Positions 62,479 to 64,000 of a DNA stretch of 64,000 nt are shown here, piece by piece. A program made the position numbers and the translations under genes. This DNA comes from Candidatus Binatia bacterium (GTDB lineage Bacteria > Desulfobacterota > Binatia > UBA9968 > CAXXLF01). The notes beneath the pieces are model-generated. The model ran no database searches and was not told where the DNA came from. It was given only the letters and a program-made list of their open reading frames with translations. The stretch's first letter is position 1. Each line of letters begins with the position of its first letter. Location of the stretch: contig CAXXLF010000002.1 in NCBI GenBank assembly GCA_963664015.2, positions 96,001-160,000 on the forward strand, in the 5' to 3' direction.

Positions 62479-63501
62479 TCATTTTGCCGGTTTGGATTTC
62501 TGATATTTACGGTAATCGTACCCCGTGGCCATGGCAAGTAGAAGCTCTTCCATGCCACCGTCTTTTTCTCTTCTAAGAATTAGCAGGCGATCGAAGAACT
62601 CCTTGAAGTCCTTGTAGTTTCGTTGGGTATCGTCCGTCTTTCGTAGGAAGAAGTCTTTGATTCGAGTTACGGTAAATCTGAGCGCTGAAAAGCGAAGTTC
62701 GTTGGGGAAAGAGTCCCACTCGGGCAATGACAGCGGGCGCAGGCTTTCATAGCCCGAGATCAAGGCCTCGAAACGTTCGATTCGGTAGCGACCGTCCACG
62801 TAACATAGCGCATTGACGCCGGTAGCAAGATCATTGATGAGTTTCGCGCGGCATGCAGCCTCAAAGTCCAGAACGCCAACCAACCTGGATCCCTTGAACT
62901 TTACGTTATCAGAAAAAAAATCCCCGTGGATAAGACCCTTCGGGAGGTTATTGTCCAAATAGTTTTCCAAATAAGTAAATTCGTCATCCAATACCCGGAT
63001 AATGTTCTTTAAATGTGTCGGTAAATCCTTTCTAAAGTCTTGATATATATGTGCAATTTTAGCAAAGGGGAAGCGATTATCAATGCCTTTTTTGTAGGCT
63101 CGTCCGATAAGGTGCAGGTTAGCCAGGGTATGTCCTAAGGACTCCAATTGGGGAAAGGTAAGTTCCTCGGCCGATAACTCCTTCGCATCCAAGTAACGTG
63201 TTAAGGAGATCTGCTTCGATTGAATGTCGTGGTAGTGCTTGCCTTTTTTTGTTCGAAGCGGTTGTAGCACAGGAAATCCATGCCGTTTGAGAAACAGCAC
63301 GAGATCGATTTCTTGTTTGACCTCAAGCTCGCTCTTTACCTCGTCAACCTTGAGGAAAAAGCGGCCTTTCTTTGTTTCTAGGAGGTAATGGGTGTTAACC
63401 GATCCGTTCCGGACACCGGAATATGAAACAATATCCCCAAGTCCGAATTCATCAGCAATCAGTGAGCATTCCTTCTTGCTCAGACGGGTATAAATTGCCA
63501 T
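62479..63501 (-). CDS. thrB: Homoserine kinase type II (APH/phosphotransferase fold)
   Basis: MAIYTRLS, GSVNTHY, LPKGLIHGDFFSDNVKF, GVLDFEAA, ALRFTVTR. Confidence 0.88.
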   Translation of the reverse strand: MAIYTRLSKKECSLIADEFGLGDIVSYSGVRNGSVNTHYLLETKKGRFFLKVDEVKSELEVKQEIDLVLFLKRHGFPVLQPLRTKKGKHYHDIQSKQISLTRYLDAKELSAEELTFPQLESLGHTLANLHLIGRAYKKGIDNRFPFAKIAHIYQDFRKDLPTHLKNIIRVLDDEFTYLENYLDNNLPKGLIHGDFFSDNVKFKGSRLVGVLDFEAACRAKLINDLATGVNALCYVDGRYRIERFEALISGYESLRPLSLPEWDSFPNELRFSALRFTVTRIKDFFLRKTDDTQRNYKDFKEFFDRLLILRREKDGGMEELLLAMATGYDYRKYQKSKPAK

Positions 63502-63682
63502 TTCCGAGGTCTATGGTTGCACCATCGGCCCTTTATTGTGGATAATCATTCCTTTGTAAAATTAATATATTCCGAAAGGTTTGTCAATATAAAATTCCTT
63601 TCTATCTTGAGACCTTATGCCAATTTCATGAATTAATCTTTGATATCGCAGAGTTTACCATCAGTGACCGGTTGCCTAGATT

Positions 63683-64000
63683 TTAGGCAAAATAATATTT
63701 TTTGAGTTCTGCTACGCTTTCAACCCGATGTACCCCTTCAATTTCTTGCCAGGCCTTGAGCCCCACTACTTTTTTGCCCAGTAGGAGGGCTGCGGAAACC
63801 TCCGAACGGGTCCCGTGGGAGCCCGAGAGAGCTACCACGATATCACCAGAGGCTGCCACGAGAAAGTTTCTCGCATGCCCGAGGCCAGTAGGAATCGTGA
63901 TGTCGATGAACGGGTTGGCTTTTTCCTTTTTATAGTTTGATAGGATACCAACGGTAAGGCCCCCTCTTTCCTTTGCACCACGGGCTGCCGCTTCCATGAC
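63683..64000 (-). CDS. TIGR00725/LOG-family Rossmann-fold protein, 5' end beyond the window
   Basis: VMEAAARGAKERGGLTVGIL...PTGLGHARN...GSHGTRSE. Confidence 0.87.
   Translation of the reverse strand, partial: VMEAAARGAKERGGLTVGILSNYKKEKANPFIDITIPTGLGHARNFLVAASGDIVVALSGSHGTRSEVSAALLLGKKVVGLKAWQEIEGVHRVESVAELKKYYFA

Overview
The window joins two very different genomes. Bases 1 to ~56,050 are gene-dense, intron-rich animal DNA with short introns full of (GT)n/(CA)n/(CT)n repeats. I infer a sponge-like, early-branching animal, but the sequence alone cannot prove this. In order it holds: the 3' part of HECTD4 (+), a Tudor-less SETDB-type methyltransferase (-), ataxin-2 (+), an intronless PAP2/PLPP phosphatase (+), RPUSD4-like (+), MED19 (-), a SEPT2-group septin (+), MRPL41 (-), POR (+), two tandem intronless AdipoR/PAQR genes (-), ARPC3 (+), a 7-exon gene with two AUTS2/FBRSL1/Tay-family motifs (+), an orphan ORF (-), and exon 1 of a PDZ-type myosin XVIII (+). 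From ~56,100 to the end the DNA is abruptly bacterial: ispE, an FMN split-barrel protein, a broken substrate-binding protein gene, an ABC permease and binding protein, thrB and a TIGR00725 protein. This block cuts the myosin gene inside intron 1 and is most simply a host-symbiont misassembly. The strongest candidates for novelty are the minimal AUTS2-family protein, supported by deep synteny, and the microsatellite-based intron architecture. All gene models and family calls were made by eye; no database searches were run.
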